Positions 13,160 to 24,915 of a DNA stretch of 64,000 nt are shown piece by piece. The stretch spans positions 29,326,001-29,390,000 of the forward strand of contig OX597829.1 in NCBI GenBank assembly GCA_951406725.2, read 5' to 3'. The stretch comes from Octopus vulgaris (Eukaryota). The position numbers were made by a program, and so were the translations under genes. The notes beneath the pieces were generated by a model. That model did not search any database, was not told the origin of the DNA, and worked only from the letters and a program-made list of their open reading frames with translations. Position 1 is the stretch's first letter, and every line of letters starts with the position of its first letter.

Positions 13160-13530
13160 ACTCTTTTACTTGTTTCAGTCATTTGACTGTGGCCATGCTG
13201 GAGCACTGCTTTTAGTCGAGCAAATCAACCCCAGGACTTATTTTTTGTAAGCCTAGTACTTATTCTATTGGACTCTTTTGCTGAACCGCTAAGTTACGGG
13301 GATGTAAACACACCAGCATCGGTTGTGAAACGATGTTGTGGGGACAAACACATACACACATTTATATGACAGGCTTCTTTCAGTTTCCGTCTACCAGATC
13401 CACTCACAAGGCTTTGGTTGGCACGAGGCTATAGTAGAAGACACTTGCCCAAAGTGCCACGCAGTGGGACTGAACCTGGAACCATGTTGTTTGTAAGCAA
13501 GCTACTTACCACACAGCCACTCCTGCGCCT
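13160..13530 (-). mobile_element. tRNA-derived SINE family A
   Basis: Reverse complement of the 14010-14405 type. Confidence 0.8.
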
Positions 13531-14009
13531 TATGATACTTAAACTCTTTTATTACCATATTTCTATTGAAATATATTGCCTATGTTTAAATCAATTTTGA
13601 AAATAATGAAGAATTTTGTATATTTTGTAACTATTAAGCTGGTGTTTTGGAAGGTTTTAATATAGCACATTTTAATTAGAAAATGCTTTCAAAGAGAGAT
13701 GGGAGGACATCATACTGCAGGTTTTAATTTAATTCCTTTATGTTTTGATTCTAAGATCTGTTGGTGTCAACTTAACCTTCAAAATATCTAGGATTATCAA
13801 GTATATTTTTTGGTTCAGTTAATTTTTTAATGAAGCAGTAAATTATCAGATTATGTTGTCTTGGACCAGTTATTTCACAAGAATGTGCATGGTATAGTAG
13901 TCAGGCTTTTAATCACTATAATATCCAATTTAGACATAAGGTCATCAATTTTGAAGAGAGACTAACATTGAATAACATTTAGTTGGCACTTTATTTTATC
14001 AACCCATAG

Positions 14010-14170
14010 TGTAGGAGTGGCTGTGTGGTAAGTAGCTTGCTTATGAACCATATGGTTCTGAGTTCAGTCCCACTGCGTGGTAGCTTGGGCAAGTGTCTTC
14101 TACTATAGCCTCGGGCCAACCAAAGCCTTGTGAGTGGATTTGGTAGATGGAAACTGAAAGAAGCCCGTCG

Positions 14171-14201
<31 letters not shown>

Positions 14202-14405
14202 CTGTGTTTGTCCCCCCAACATCACTTGACAACCAATGCTGGTGTGTTTACATCACCATAACTTAGCGGTTGGGCAAAAGAGACCAATAGAATAAGTACT
14301 AGGCTTACAGAGAATAAGTCATGGGGTCGATTTGCTCAACTAAAGGCAGTGCTCCAGCATGGCCACAGTCAAATGACTGAAACAAGTAAAAGAGTAAAGT
14401 AAAGA
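14010..14405 (+). mobile_element. tRNA-derived SINE family A
   Basis: A-box TGGCTGTGTGG, B-box GAGTTCAGTCCC, CORE-like CTTGGGCAAGTGTCTT, internal (TA)/(TG) tract, tail GAAACAAGTAAAAGAGT. Confidence 0.8.
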
Positions 14406-14636
14406 GCTAGAAGAAATATTGCAGAGCATTTTTACTGTTACTTTAACAGTTCTGCCAACTTGCTAGTCATAATGCTGTGGATTTGATTCTTGGCCTGAGA
14501 TGTATAATATATCCTTCGGCAAGACCCTCTGCTTCACATTGCTTTAGTCTACTTAGCTGGCAAAAATTGGAAATTAAAACTGACAGATTGCCCTGTTACT
14601 GACAAGTCAGCATGATAGTATTAAGGTAAGGAGATG

Positions 14637-14731
14637 AATGTTACTACTAGTTACTGGCGAATTCTCTGCAAGCTGTGCACTGAAAACCAGCTGGCAGAGA
14701 TTCTGCCTGGGGTTAAACTAGTAGTAACATT
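14637..14731. repeat. Small foldback / mini-MITE
   Basis: 16-bp inverted repeat AATGTTACTACTAGTT / AACTAGTAGTAACATT plus inner complementarity TCTCTGC..AGCTG / CAGCT..GCAGAGA. Confidence 0.6.
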
Positions 14732-14939
14732 AATCTGTCACTTTGATGTGGTTACTCGCTTTACTGTTTAGTACACGTTACTATTCTATCTCTTCTTGAG
14801 ATTTTATACATACACACGCACACACATACACACACACACATATATATACATATACATATATACACATATATATACACACATGTATATACATATATATATA
14901 TATATACATATATATACACATATGTACATATATATATCG

Positions 14940-15385
14940 GCCGTTGCCAGTACCACCAAACTGGCACGTAAAAACACCGACTGCACTCTCGAAGTGGTTG
15001 GCGTTAGGAAGGGCATCTAGCTGTAGAAACTCTGCCAGATCAGATTGGAGTTTGGTTCGCCAGACCTCAGTCAAATCGTCCAACCCATGCTAGCATGGAA
15101 AGCGGACGTTAAATGATGATGATGATGATCGTCATCATTTAACGTCTGTTTTCCATGCTAACATGGGTCGGAAGGTTTGACTAGGGACTCGGAAGCCAAG
15201 AGGCTGCACCAGGCTCCAGTCTGATTTGGCAGTGTTTCTACAGCTTGATGCCATTCCTAATGCCAACCACTCCATGAGTGTAGTGGGTGTTTTTTACGTG
15301 CCACCGGCACAGGTGCCAGGCGAGGCTGGTGACGGCCACGATCGGTTGGTGCTTTTTATGTGCCACCGGCATGGAAGCCAGTCAA
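14940..15385. mobile_element. Two RTE 3'-end copies joined tail-to-tail
   Basis: Plus copy ends in (GAT)n at ~15128, directly followed by (CAT)n and a minus copy. Confidence 0.8.
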
Positions 15386-16332
15386 CGCTTTCATGTAAAC
15401 TGTTTAAACAAAGAGCCCCACTTAACATATTCTTATCATTATCAAAGACTGTCTAACTGTATTTTAATACAACTATGATAACCATTTTTTAACAAAATAA
15501 AGCTTATATAAAGCTTTACATTTTACTTTTGATAATCTTTTTTTTAAAAATGTGAAACCAGTCAAGTCAATAAACATCTTTAAAAGACCTCTGCATTTTC
15601 AAATCCTCTTTCCTATATATACTAGCATTAAAGACCCGTCGTTGCCGGGTCATAGTGCTAGTGCATGTATATATGTGTACATATTACATGTACATCTATA
15701 TATATACATCTACACATAAAATACAAAATAAAAAGTTATATCTTGATATTGCTAGTGATAACAATACTCAAAATATATAACAGACTGGAATTGTTAGCCC
15801 GTCTCTTGTAATTTTGATCAATTGTATCTTGTTCTCCCTCTTGTATAGAAGTGTGGCTACAATCCAGCCTACCTCTACTTCGGAGGGGGATTTAAAATTT
15901 TTTTCCGTGACTTCCCATATATAAAGGTAAAAATAAAATATTTCCACTTTGCAAGTTCGAGTCAAGTACTCCCTTGCACGCTCTGTTGACTCGAATCTTG
16001 CTTCTATTGTCGCAAATTTACCGTCTCTGATTAGATATCTTTCATAGTTGCACCAAGACACTTTTCGAAGGTGCTTTCCTCCATGTTGTTTTATTATTAC
16101 CCACAAGGGGCGAACACAGATGGGACAATACAATCTGATGATGGGGTCAGACAAACGAATGGGTTTTTACAATAAATCGGGTTTAAAAATGTTCATGAAT
16201 AACAATAAATGGACAGAAATCGAGTGATAGGACAGACCGGAAGACATTACGGGTGGAGTGGGTGCGGGTTTAGCTCGGACCCCACGAGCCCCGCCTCCCC
16301 ACTGATACTTTTGGTTGCACTTGGTATTACAT

Positions 16333-19300
16333 TTATGTTGTAACTTTCATTCGCAACTTCCGTGCTACATCCTTCCATCGTTCTTCATACGCTCTCCTAG
16401 TCAGGCATATTCTCTCCAGCCCTATCTTCCTTTTCAGGTGAAAGATGAAATAATTCATCAAACCAGGGCCGGAGATGAACTTGCCTGACTGTAAACCTTT
16501 CATTCTCGTCTTCCATATCACCTCTTTCGCGATTGCTACTACAACGAGAAAACGAAACTTACCTTCATTCACGAGGAAATCCGGTGGGTCAATTTTTGTA
16601 ATCGACTCAGTCGACAGCTGTACTCTTCGTGTACCTGACAACAGGTGTTCGGCATAAACCCACACCTCAGACACGTCCGGACAATGAACAATCGCGTGCG
16701 GGACGGTTTCCCTATCCCGCCCGCATCTTGGACATATCGGACTGTCTTGGCCACCGTGCCTTGCGAGTTTATCCCGAACAGGTAGAGCTCCTCTGTAGCA
16801 TTGCCATGCCAGAGACTTCTGGAAGTTGTCCAGTGTCCTTGGCTCGAACGTACGTCGGAACAGACTGGCCAGCTGATTATCGTCGAGACCTAGGGTTTCC
16901 CCCAAGGTATCTTCACATTCCGCCTCTACCAACCCTCTATAGAAGAAAGTGGTGGAACCCCCACCGCAGGCGTTGCCCGAGCGACGGAATAGCAGGAGAG
17001 CCTTGCGACACTCCGTGTACCAAGTACCAAGTTTCGATCTACGATTCAGCCAGGTTTCCCATCCACCGAAACTAGTGAACTTGGGAAACATCAGTTTTGC
17101 TAGCGAAGACCACACCCGTTCACCATCCAGGTAGAGCCACAGATGTCTTAACCTCAGCGCATGTCTGCGCATCATCAGCCAAGGCATCCCTAGCCCACCC
17201 TTTAACGGTTGTTGACAGCAAGTAGAGCGTTTCACAAGTGGTTTCCCGCCCTTCCACAAGAAGTAGAAGAGCTGTCTTTCCAACTTGATCAACCACGAAT
17301 CAGGGCAAGGAACGACGGAAAGGCGGTAGGTGATAACCGATGCGATAAACACATTGGCCACCTCCGCCCTCCCTTTCAGGGATAGCCACCGCCAAGACCA
17401 GGTCTTGGCTACTGCAGCCACCTTGCTCGTTACCTCGCCCCAATTCTTCTCTATTTGGAGGTCTGGACCGAACCAGACCCCTAGCAGTTTAATCGGACCC
17501 TCCGTCCAACGTCCCACGACGTTGTCAGGAGGCATCGACTTGCCTCTCCAGGTGCCGAGTTGCAAGCCGACTGACTTTTCGCGATTAACTTTTGCTCCTG
17601 TCACCGTCTCGTACACCTCTATGGCCTTGCCTACTTTACATAGGTGGTCCATTTCGGTTACGATGATGGTGATGTCATCCGCGTACGCTGACACTGATTT
17701 TCCATTACCTGGCTGTCTCGGGATGCCGCTCAGTTTTCGCAGTAATGGCTCAAGAGCCATCACGTACAAAAGCGGGGAGAGCGGACACCCTTGACGAACC
17801 GAGCGTTTGATTTTGAACGGCTTCGACAAGAAGCCGTTCACCCGAACTACCGAGTCAATGTTATCATAAATTTCGATAATCCACCTGAGGAATCCAAGGC
17901 TCAGCCCGAACTGTGCCAGGGCAGATACCAGGTAACGATGGTCGACCCTATCAAAAGCTTTAGATTGGTCTAAATGGACCAGTGCCCCACCCTTGCCAGA
18001 ATCACTATTAAACCCCTCTATAGTGTACCGCATTAGATGGAGATTATCCTGAATGGATCTGCCCGGAACGGCACATGTCTGTGCCCCTCCGATCAGACCA
18101 TCCGCGACACGCGCCAATCTTTTCGATAACACTTTGGCCAAAATCTTCAACTCTGTGTTTAGCAGAGTGATGGGCCTGAAATTATCAATGCACTCCCCTT
18201 GCTCGGGTCCTTTCTGACGAGAGTCACTACTCCCCGGCGCACAGATCTGGGTATAAGCCCGTTCTGCTGCCAGTTCGCGTAGACCTCCGCCAGTAGGTGC
18301 CCGAACAAGTCTGGCATACTCTTATATAACTCATAGGGTAGACCATCCAAACCCGGCGCCTTGCCCGCGCCGCAGTCCGCCATTGCCTCAACCACCTCCT
18401 CAGGCGTGATTGGCCCTTCACAGCCCTCCGCATCTCGCCCCGATAAGCGCGGCAGACCGTCGAGTAGGTCCGTAAAGGCCCTCCTCCTATCCAGTCCGCC
18501 GCACTCACCGAAAAGCTGAGCGAAGTGCTCCTGAAAGGCCTCACACATCTCCTCGGGTTCGTTTATCAACTCACCTTGTTGGTTCGTCAAAGATCGAATC
18601 GTGGCATCGTTACCATGCTGAGCTTCCACCACTCGGGCCCATCTCACGGCGTTGATTCCTTCACATCCCATATGACGGATTCTAGCCCTGACAATGCAGC
18701 CCATGTGTTTGGCCTCGAGGTGCTGGTTTAACACCAGTCTCTTGGCCGCCACCTGAGCCGCAGAGCCAGTTTCCATGGCTTCCTCTAATTCCTTAACTAG
18801 AGTAGTTTCCCTTCTAGCCTCTCTAGCCACTACTCCTATGCTATATCTAATAGACTCAAACTTGATGGCTCGTTTGAGGGCGTACCACCATTTGTTATTA
18901 ATGATGGTACCAGATAGTGCCCTCTGAATTATATTCCTAATCCGGTCTTTGTACTCCTTAATCGCCAAAAGGGACGTATTAAGTTTCCAGTAACCGGATC
19001 CTCTATTTTTAACCTTATCTATGTCAAGCTTACAAGTGACCATTTTATGATCACTGTAGCTGATCGGGTAAAACTGTGGACACTTAGCTATTTTACTGTC
19101 TACTTTTCTAATTAGTATTCTATCTAGATACGACCTGGAAGATCCGTCGCTGTTTGACCATGTCCACAATGGAGCGTTCGGAAATTCCAGCCTATAAGGA
19201 TCTGCTAGCTCAAAGCGGCTTAGCAGTTCCATGAAGCCACTGTTGCCTTTTCTATCTGGACACGAGCCAACATAATCTACATCCGCTTTGCAAATTGTGT

Positions 19301-19727
19301 TAAAGTCTCCTAGCACCACTAATGAATGCGAAGTACCAAGAAAGTTTTCTAGTTCACGAAAATAATCACTTTGCCCTGTATGGTTGGGTGCGTAAATTGC
19401 AACCAGTCTGATAACTTTACCATTACTGAACGTCAAATCCATGACGACCAGCCTACCTTCTGGATCTGCAAAAATTAACTTTTTCTCAGAAACCGGGTTT
19501 CTTTTTAATAGGACCAACACCCCACTCCCGCCTGTAGGACTGCCAGGAGAGAAAAAACTCTCGTAGCCGTCAAACAGCGGGAGTAGACCTCTTGGCCCCT
19601 CTAGCCGGGTTTCTGTAGCAACAATAACATCTAAATTACGCGACCTGATATCATGCAGGAAGCGACCTTGCTTCCAGCCTGCTCCCAGGCCGCGCACATT
19701 TAAACAACCAACATAAATGTAATCCAT
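16333..19727 (-). CDS. LINE ORF2 (APE endonuclease, reverse transcriptase, C-terminal Cys/His finger) with one frameshift at ~18195-18198
   Basis: APE motifs LNVRG, TET, AIYAP, GDFN, YLDRI, SDH; RT motifs KAPGLDG, DQSKAFDRV, RQGCPLSP, YADD; CPRC..HAIVHC. Adding one G restores KGECIDNFRPITLLNTELKIL and a 1131-aa ORF. Confidence 0.92.
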
Positions 19728-19736
19728 TACTTACCT

Positions 19737-21113
19737 TTATATCAGTGGTTCGGTTTTTTCTTCTTCTTCCTTCTCTTTTTCTGGGCCTCGTGGGGGAGTC
19801 TGACGTAGGCCCTCGAATATATGTGGAGATGTTACATCCAACCTAAGTGGGCCTACGTCATGGAAGAATTCTGACTTTATCCGCCCGTAATCCTTCCGGT
19901 CTATTTTGTAAATTACAAAGTCATTTTTTTTCTCTACTCTCTTCACATTGGCCATGGCTGCCAACACGTTTCCGAGTCTGCTATTTGATGCTTTTACGGC
20001 CATATATGAGTTCATTGACTCTTTTTTCTTTTTTAAAATTACTCTGGGAGGGGTGGTTTCCGTTTTTCTTTTTTTTTTTCCGATAATTTTTGCCCACCCC
20101 TCCTCATTTATCTTTTCCTCGCTCTTTTTTTTCTCCGCCGCTGGTTCTGCTGTTACCATCACCTCCACACCTTCAGTCTTCCCTTCTGGGCCGTCTGACG
20201 CTGCTTCTGGTGACACATTGTCTTTTTCTTTTGGCTTAGGTGCTTCCTGCGGTTTGGGTTGGGGCTGGCATTCCGCCCTTACATGCCCCTTCTTACCGCA
20301 GCCGAAGCACCTCGGCTTTCTGCCCTCTACGAAGACTGTGACTCTTTCATCTTCGCTTATCCTTAGAGTCTCTGGGATCTCTTCCAGGGTTTGTACTTCT
20401 GCTTGTATGGCTATTATTATCTTTTGCCCTTTCCAGAATTCTTCTTCTTCTACGGTGGCCTGGAGGATGTTTATTTTTTCCTCCAGGCCTACCATAACTG
20501 CTGCCACTAGGACTTCGGCATCCGCTTCTGGCGGAATGTTGTTCATTGTGATCTTGGAAGTTCTCTTGCCTTTATACAGGGGTAGGAGAACAATATCCTC
20601 CGCTTTTATGGGTTCCATGGATAGCTTCTTCGCTACCTCCTCTGACGTGAATCTCACCTCCACTGTGCCGTATTTCTTCCCTCGATTGATATACGTAATT
20701 TTATCCATTATTGGCTTTAAGCAGTTTTCAATCTTTTTCTCCTCTATTTTTTGGATTGCTCTGTTTGTTATACTGAATGTCTTATAGATTATTCTCCTAT
20801 TCGAAATATCCTCCTGTATTTGGGCGTTTGAAGCCACGGTTACTTCCGTGCCCTCTTTTGACACACAGTCTGCATGTTTTCCCAGGTTGTCCACGTTAAT
20901 TTTTTTAATTTTCTTCCCAGCCACTTCAGCGAATTTTTTTGCTGGAGTTGATGCTGGTACTGGTTTTACCATTTTCTTGGGCGACGCCGCCTCTTTTTTC
21001 TTCGGCGACAGCGCCTCTTTTTTTCTTGGCGACAACGCCTCTTTTTTACTTGGCGACAACGCCGGGTATTCATCCTCGCTCGTCACGGGCGAATAAGTGA
21101 TGGGGGACTCCAT
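19737..21113 (-). CDS. LINE ORF1 (458 aa from the first ATG) with CCHC zinc knuckle
   Basis: Uninterrupted ORF; CFGCGKKGHVRAEC knuckle; basic C-terminal region; sits upstream of ORF2. Confidence 0.88.
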   Translation of the reverse strand: MESPITYSPVTSEDEYPALSPSKKEALSPRKKEALSPKKKEAASPKKMVKPVPASTPAKKFAEVAGKKIKKINVDNLGKHADCVSKEGTEVTVASNAQIQEDISNRRIIYKTFSITNRAIQKIEEKKIENCLKPIMDKITYINRGKKYGTVEVRFTSEEVAKKLSMEPIKAEDIVLLPLYKGKRTSKITMNNIPPEADAEVLVAAVMVGLEEKINILQATVEEEEFWKGQKIIIAIQAEVQTLEEIPETLRISEDERVTVFVEGRKPRCFGCGKKGHVRAECQPQPKPQEAPKPKEKDNVSPEAASDGPEGKTEGVEVMVTAEPAAEKKKSEEKINEEGWAKIIGKKKRKTETTPPRVILKKKKESMNSYMAVKASNSRLGNVLAAMANVKRVEKKNDFVIYKIDRKDYGRIKSEFFHDVGPLRLDVTSPHIFEGLRQTPPRGPEKEKEEEEKTEPLI

Positions 21114-21999
21114 CTTGAACAAATGGCTTTAACAAGCCTTTGGTAATCTAAACTGATTGTAGTTTTCCCCCACTGAGGGGGGAACACCAACGCGAAGTCT
21201 TCGCGCGAAGGTTGACTTCGTCCGTTAGACAACAATGGACAAAAAAAGGTAGACCAACAGTATATAATAACAGAGATAAGTAGTATGAGAGCAAAAATAT
21301 ATATCAACTTACTAATAACGCAATAAATTGATTTCCTCCATGTGTTCAAATCTTTTTTCTCTACATTGTATACTTTATAGACAATAGTCTTTTCTTTAAT
21401 TTAATTTTTTATTATCCATCTGGACTATTCCATTTCTGCACGCTAATTTTATTTTTAATTTATTCCCATTCATGTGAAACCACTTATTCAAGTTCAAATC
21501 ATTGAAGCAATTTTATACCAATTGCTATTTTTACTTTTGTTATGTTACGATTATATTATACTTTAGTTTGATTTTAATTATTACTTACTACATATAATTC
21601 AATTTTTATTGTTAAAGTGAAAGTATCTGACCTAAAATAGAGAAATGTTTTTGTTTCATTTTTAACACGTAATACTGAAATAGTGGAGAAGATATGATAT
21701 TGCTATGGGCTCGCTCTAGGCAAGAAGTTGAACATTTTTTTTGCCCATGAAACTACATAGACCCTAAGTAAGGCATGTGTAAAATTTGAATGAAATTGGT
21801 TGCGTAGTTTTAGGGAAACACACAGACAGACAGACAGACACATTCTCAGTTTTATATATATATAAAGATAGATATATAAATACACACATACACACACACA
21901 CACACATATATATATACACAACAAGAAATAATGTCTCTTTTAATATATGAATATATATATATACATACACACACACATATATACACATATATACATACT

Positions 22000-22165
22000 A
22001 CACTCACGGAGTGGTTGGCATTAGGAAGGGCATCCAGCTGTAGAAACATTGCCAGATAAGACTGGAGCCTGGTGCAGCCTTCTGGCTTCCCAGATCCCCG
22101 GTCGAACCGTCCAACCCATGCTAGCATGGAGAACGGACGTTAAACGATGATGATGATGATGATGA
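22000..22165 (+). mobile_element. RTE 3'-end fragment with (GAT)n tail
   Basis: Near-identical to 770-930 and 27995-28155. Confidence 0.8.
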
Positions 22166-22166
22166 T

Positions 22167-22207
<41 letters not shown>

Positions 22208-22330
22208 TATATACACACACACACACACACATTTAAGAGTGTGTGTATATGTATATATACACACACACACACACACATTTAAGAGTGTGTGTATATGTAT
22301 ATATACACACACACACACAAACACGTATAT

Positions 22331-24590
22331 AAAAGTGAAAGGGGTACAGTGAACTTGCTGTGAGGAGTGGAGTATCCAACGTTTCAGATTCAATCCTTTG
22401 TCAGAAGACAGAGAAAAAGAGAAGAAAAAAAAAAGAAAAGTGTCAGAGTTTACATCCTCTCAGCTTGAAAAACTGGCTGCAACTGATAATGGACGCAGAA
22501 TAACACGGGTTGCTAACATGAAACAGAAGTTACAGGAGAGAGCATGCAGAAAGGAGAAGGAAAAGGATGATGGTGAGAGTAGAAGTAAGTAAATACAGGA
22601 ATGTTGCAGAGAGAAGGTGGAAAGAGGATTAAAAAGGGTTAAAAAGAATTAAGAAGTGAAAGGATGAAAGGCAAAACGTTCATTCATATCTGTTGGGGAC
22701 ATAGTGCCAAGATCAAATATGAGACATTGCTCCTTTCGTTTCCTAGAGAAGGGGGATCCATGGTGCAAGGTCATACCACACACTGATAAATCTGCAGTAG
22801 AATGATACACAGTGTTGAATTGGGTGGTGACAGGTTGGCCTGGCATATGTAGCATTATGCTTTTGATGTGTTCACAAAAGCAATCCCTAAGGTATCGCCC
22901 TGTTTCTCCAATGTAAAGAGCACTTCAGAGTTTGCATATGATGCAATATCTGAGATTCTTTTATCTTTCTACCTTGACAAACTGTTATCCTCTCTCGTTA
23001 CTGCTCTACCTTTGCTTATAAAAGACATTAATCATGAAGTACACCTCTTCAACACATTCTCTTTTCTACCTGGTGAATCCAAACTTCTTTCCATCAAGGA
23101 CATTAAATGTTTGTACACAGTCATCCCTCACAATGATGGTCTACTAGCACTTAAACACTTCTTAGACTATTGTTCTGTACCTGAACCCAGCACTAATACA
23201 CTCCTCCGCCTAGCTGAGCTCATCTTAGCACTCACTTGTTTTTCCTTCTCTGGTAAATTCTATAAGCAGTTTGGTGGGCCCCAATTATGCCAACTTCTTT
23301 GTGGGTTATGTAGAGGAGCAAATCTTTGCTCACTTCCCTGGACCCATCACACTGACGACCGCATTAGCACCACAAGTCTTAACAGACAACAGGTCAACGA
23401 TTTTATTTCTTTTGTTAACACCTTTCACCCAGCCTTGGAATTCACTCACACCATATCTGATACTTCTGTTTGCTTTCTGGACATCTCCATGAAAATACAC
23501 AATACCTATCTCTCCACCTCTGTCTACAATAAACCTTCTGAACTCCCACTAATCTTCCTCCAACCCCAAACACATTAAATCTGCCAATCTCTCAATTTCT
23601 TTGCAGCATTGATTCAGATTTCAAATCCCATTGCAAAACAGTGCGATAGTTTTTTCTAAATCAAGGGTATCCTCCATCAGTTGTTGACCTGGCACTCCAC
23701 TGAGCCCAAGCCATCTTCAAGCCCTTCCACCGACCGTATTCCACTCACTCTCACCTACCACCTGTCCATCCTCCCTCTAAAACACAGACTCACCCACAAC
23801 TTTTACATTCTTCTTTCTGACCCAACAATTGCTCTTATCTTTTCCACACCACCTCTCCTGTCTTTTAAAAAAGATAGGAGTCTTATAAATTTCTTTGTTA
23901 GAAGCTTCACAGCTCCCAGGTCTGCACAACCAAGAACCTTTAAATATTCTCACCAACGATGTAACACACGCCCCTACATCAACAATATTGCTACCATCAT
24001 GGGACCCAAGAAACAATAACACATAACACACCACTTCTGTTGCACTTCGGTGAATCTCATATATTGCATCATATGCAAACTCTGCAGGGCTCTTTACATT
24101 AGAGAAACAGGACGACACCTTGGGGATCGCTTTCGCAAACACATCAGAAGCATAATGGACTTCACCTTCTCTAGGAAACGAAAGGAGCAATGTCTCCTAT
24201 TTGTTATTGGCACTATGTTCCCAACAGGTATGAATGAACGTTTTTCCTTTCATCCTTTCACCTCCTCTTAATTCTCTTTTGCCCTTTTTAATCCCCCTTC
24301 TACCCTCTCTCTGCTACATTCCCATATTTACTTATGTCTACTCTAATTCTTACCTCTCCTATAATTTATATTTCATGTTAGCAGCCCTTGTTATTCTGCA
24401 TCCATTTTCAGTTGCAGCCAGTTTTTCAAACTGAGAGGATGTAAACTCTGACTTTTTTCTCTGCCCCCAGTCGAAAGATTGAATCCAAAACACTGGATAT
24501 TCCACTCCTCACAGCAATTTCACTGTACCCCTTTCACTTTTTCTATATTTTCTCAAATTATGCCAACACAGAGCTACTAGATTATTGCCA
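22331..24590 (+). mobile_element. Decayed Penelope-like element (RT + GIY-YIG) with inverted duplication of its 3' end
   Basis: RT motifs DIKCLYTVIPH, GPNYANFFVGYVE, FLDI, SVYNKP; GIY-YIG NLIYCIICKLCRALYIRETGRHLGDRFRKH; 22331-22958 is a diverged reverse complement of ~24050-24541. Confidence 0.88.
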
Positions 24591-24808
24591 TATATATATA
24601 TACATATATAGATATACATGAGGAATATTTGAAGGATGTATATCTATATATATATATATATAATAAATATTAGGGAATAAATCCAATTTTATAGTAAAAT
24701 ATTATATAATATTAATTAGAGACAAAACCACTATTATGCAAATCAAACAAAGAAAGACTTAATCCAATACATAAAAAATTTTATATAAATTAAATAATAT
24801 TAAATTCG

Positions 24809-24854
24809 CCACTACAATTGTTTCGTGTCTCTTCTAAGGACATTCATCAGGTGG
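24809..24854 (-). ncRNA. Type I hammerhead ribozyme motif (mirror copy)
   Basis: Exact reverse complement of 24916-24961. Confidence 0.82.
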
Positions 24855-24915
24855 TATTCAGATCTTCTATTCAATTTTAACTTCATAACTTAAAATTGAA
24901 TAGAAGATCTGAATA

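Larger units (their letters stand above)
16087..21331 (-). mobile_element. Full-length Tx1/L1-clade non-LTR retrotransposon (5245 bp)
   Basis: 12-bp TSD TTTCCTCCATGT at 16075-16086 and 21332-21343; 5'UTR, ORF1, ORF2, 3'UTR with short TAA/A tail; GC-rich relative to the flanks. Confidence 0.92.
15622..21868 (-). mobile_element. Non-autonomous Helitron (~1 kb) interrupted by the Tx1 LINE
   Basis: 3' end hairpin GACCCG-GCAACGA-CGGGTC then CTAG|T at 15622; 5' end A|TCTTTATATATATATAAAA..(GTCT)n at 21868 (alternative TC at 21872). Confidence 0.75.

Noticed and set aside
14010-14090. tRNA gene candidates (A/B boxes; also near 141, 37606 and 60023)
   Set aside because: SINE heads without a complete cloverleaf, continuing into SINE bodies
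18159-18200. Programmed ribosomal frameshift between the two ORF2 halves
   Set aside because: No canonical slippery heptamer; the break falls in a normally continuous RT region, so an indel or sequencing error is simpler
16475-21096. Plus-strand ORFs, including the 279-aa ORF at 19948-20787
   Set aside because: Antisense shadows of the LINE ORF1/ORF2
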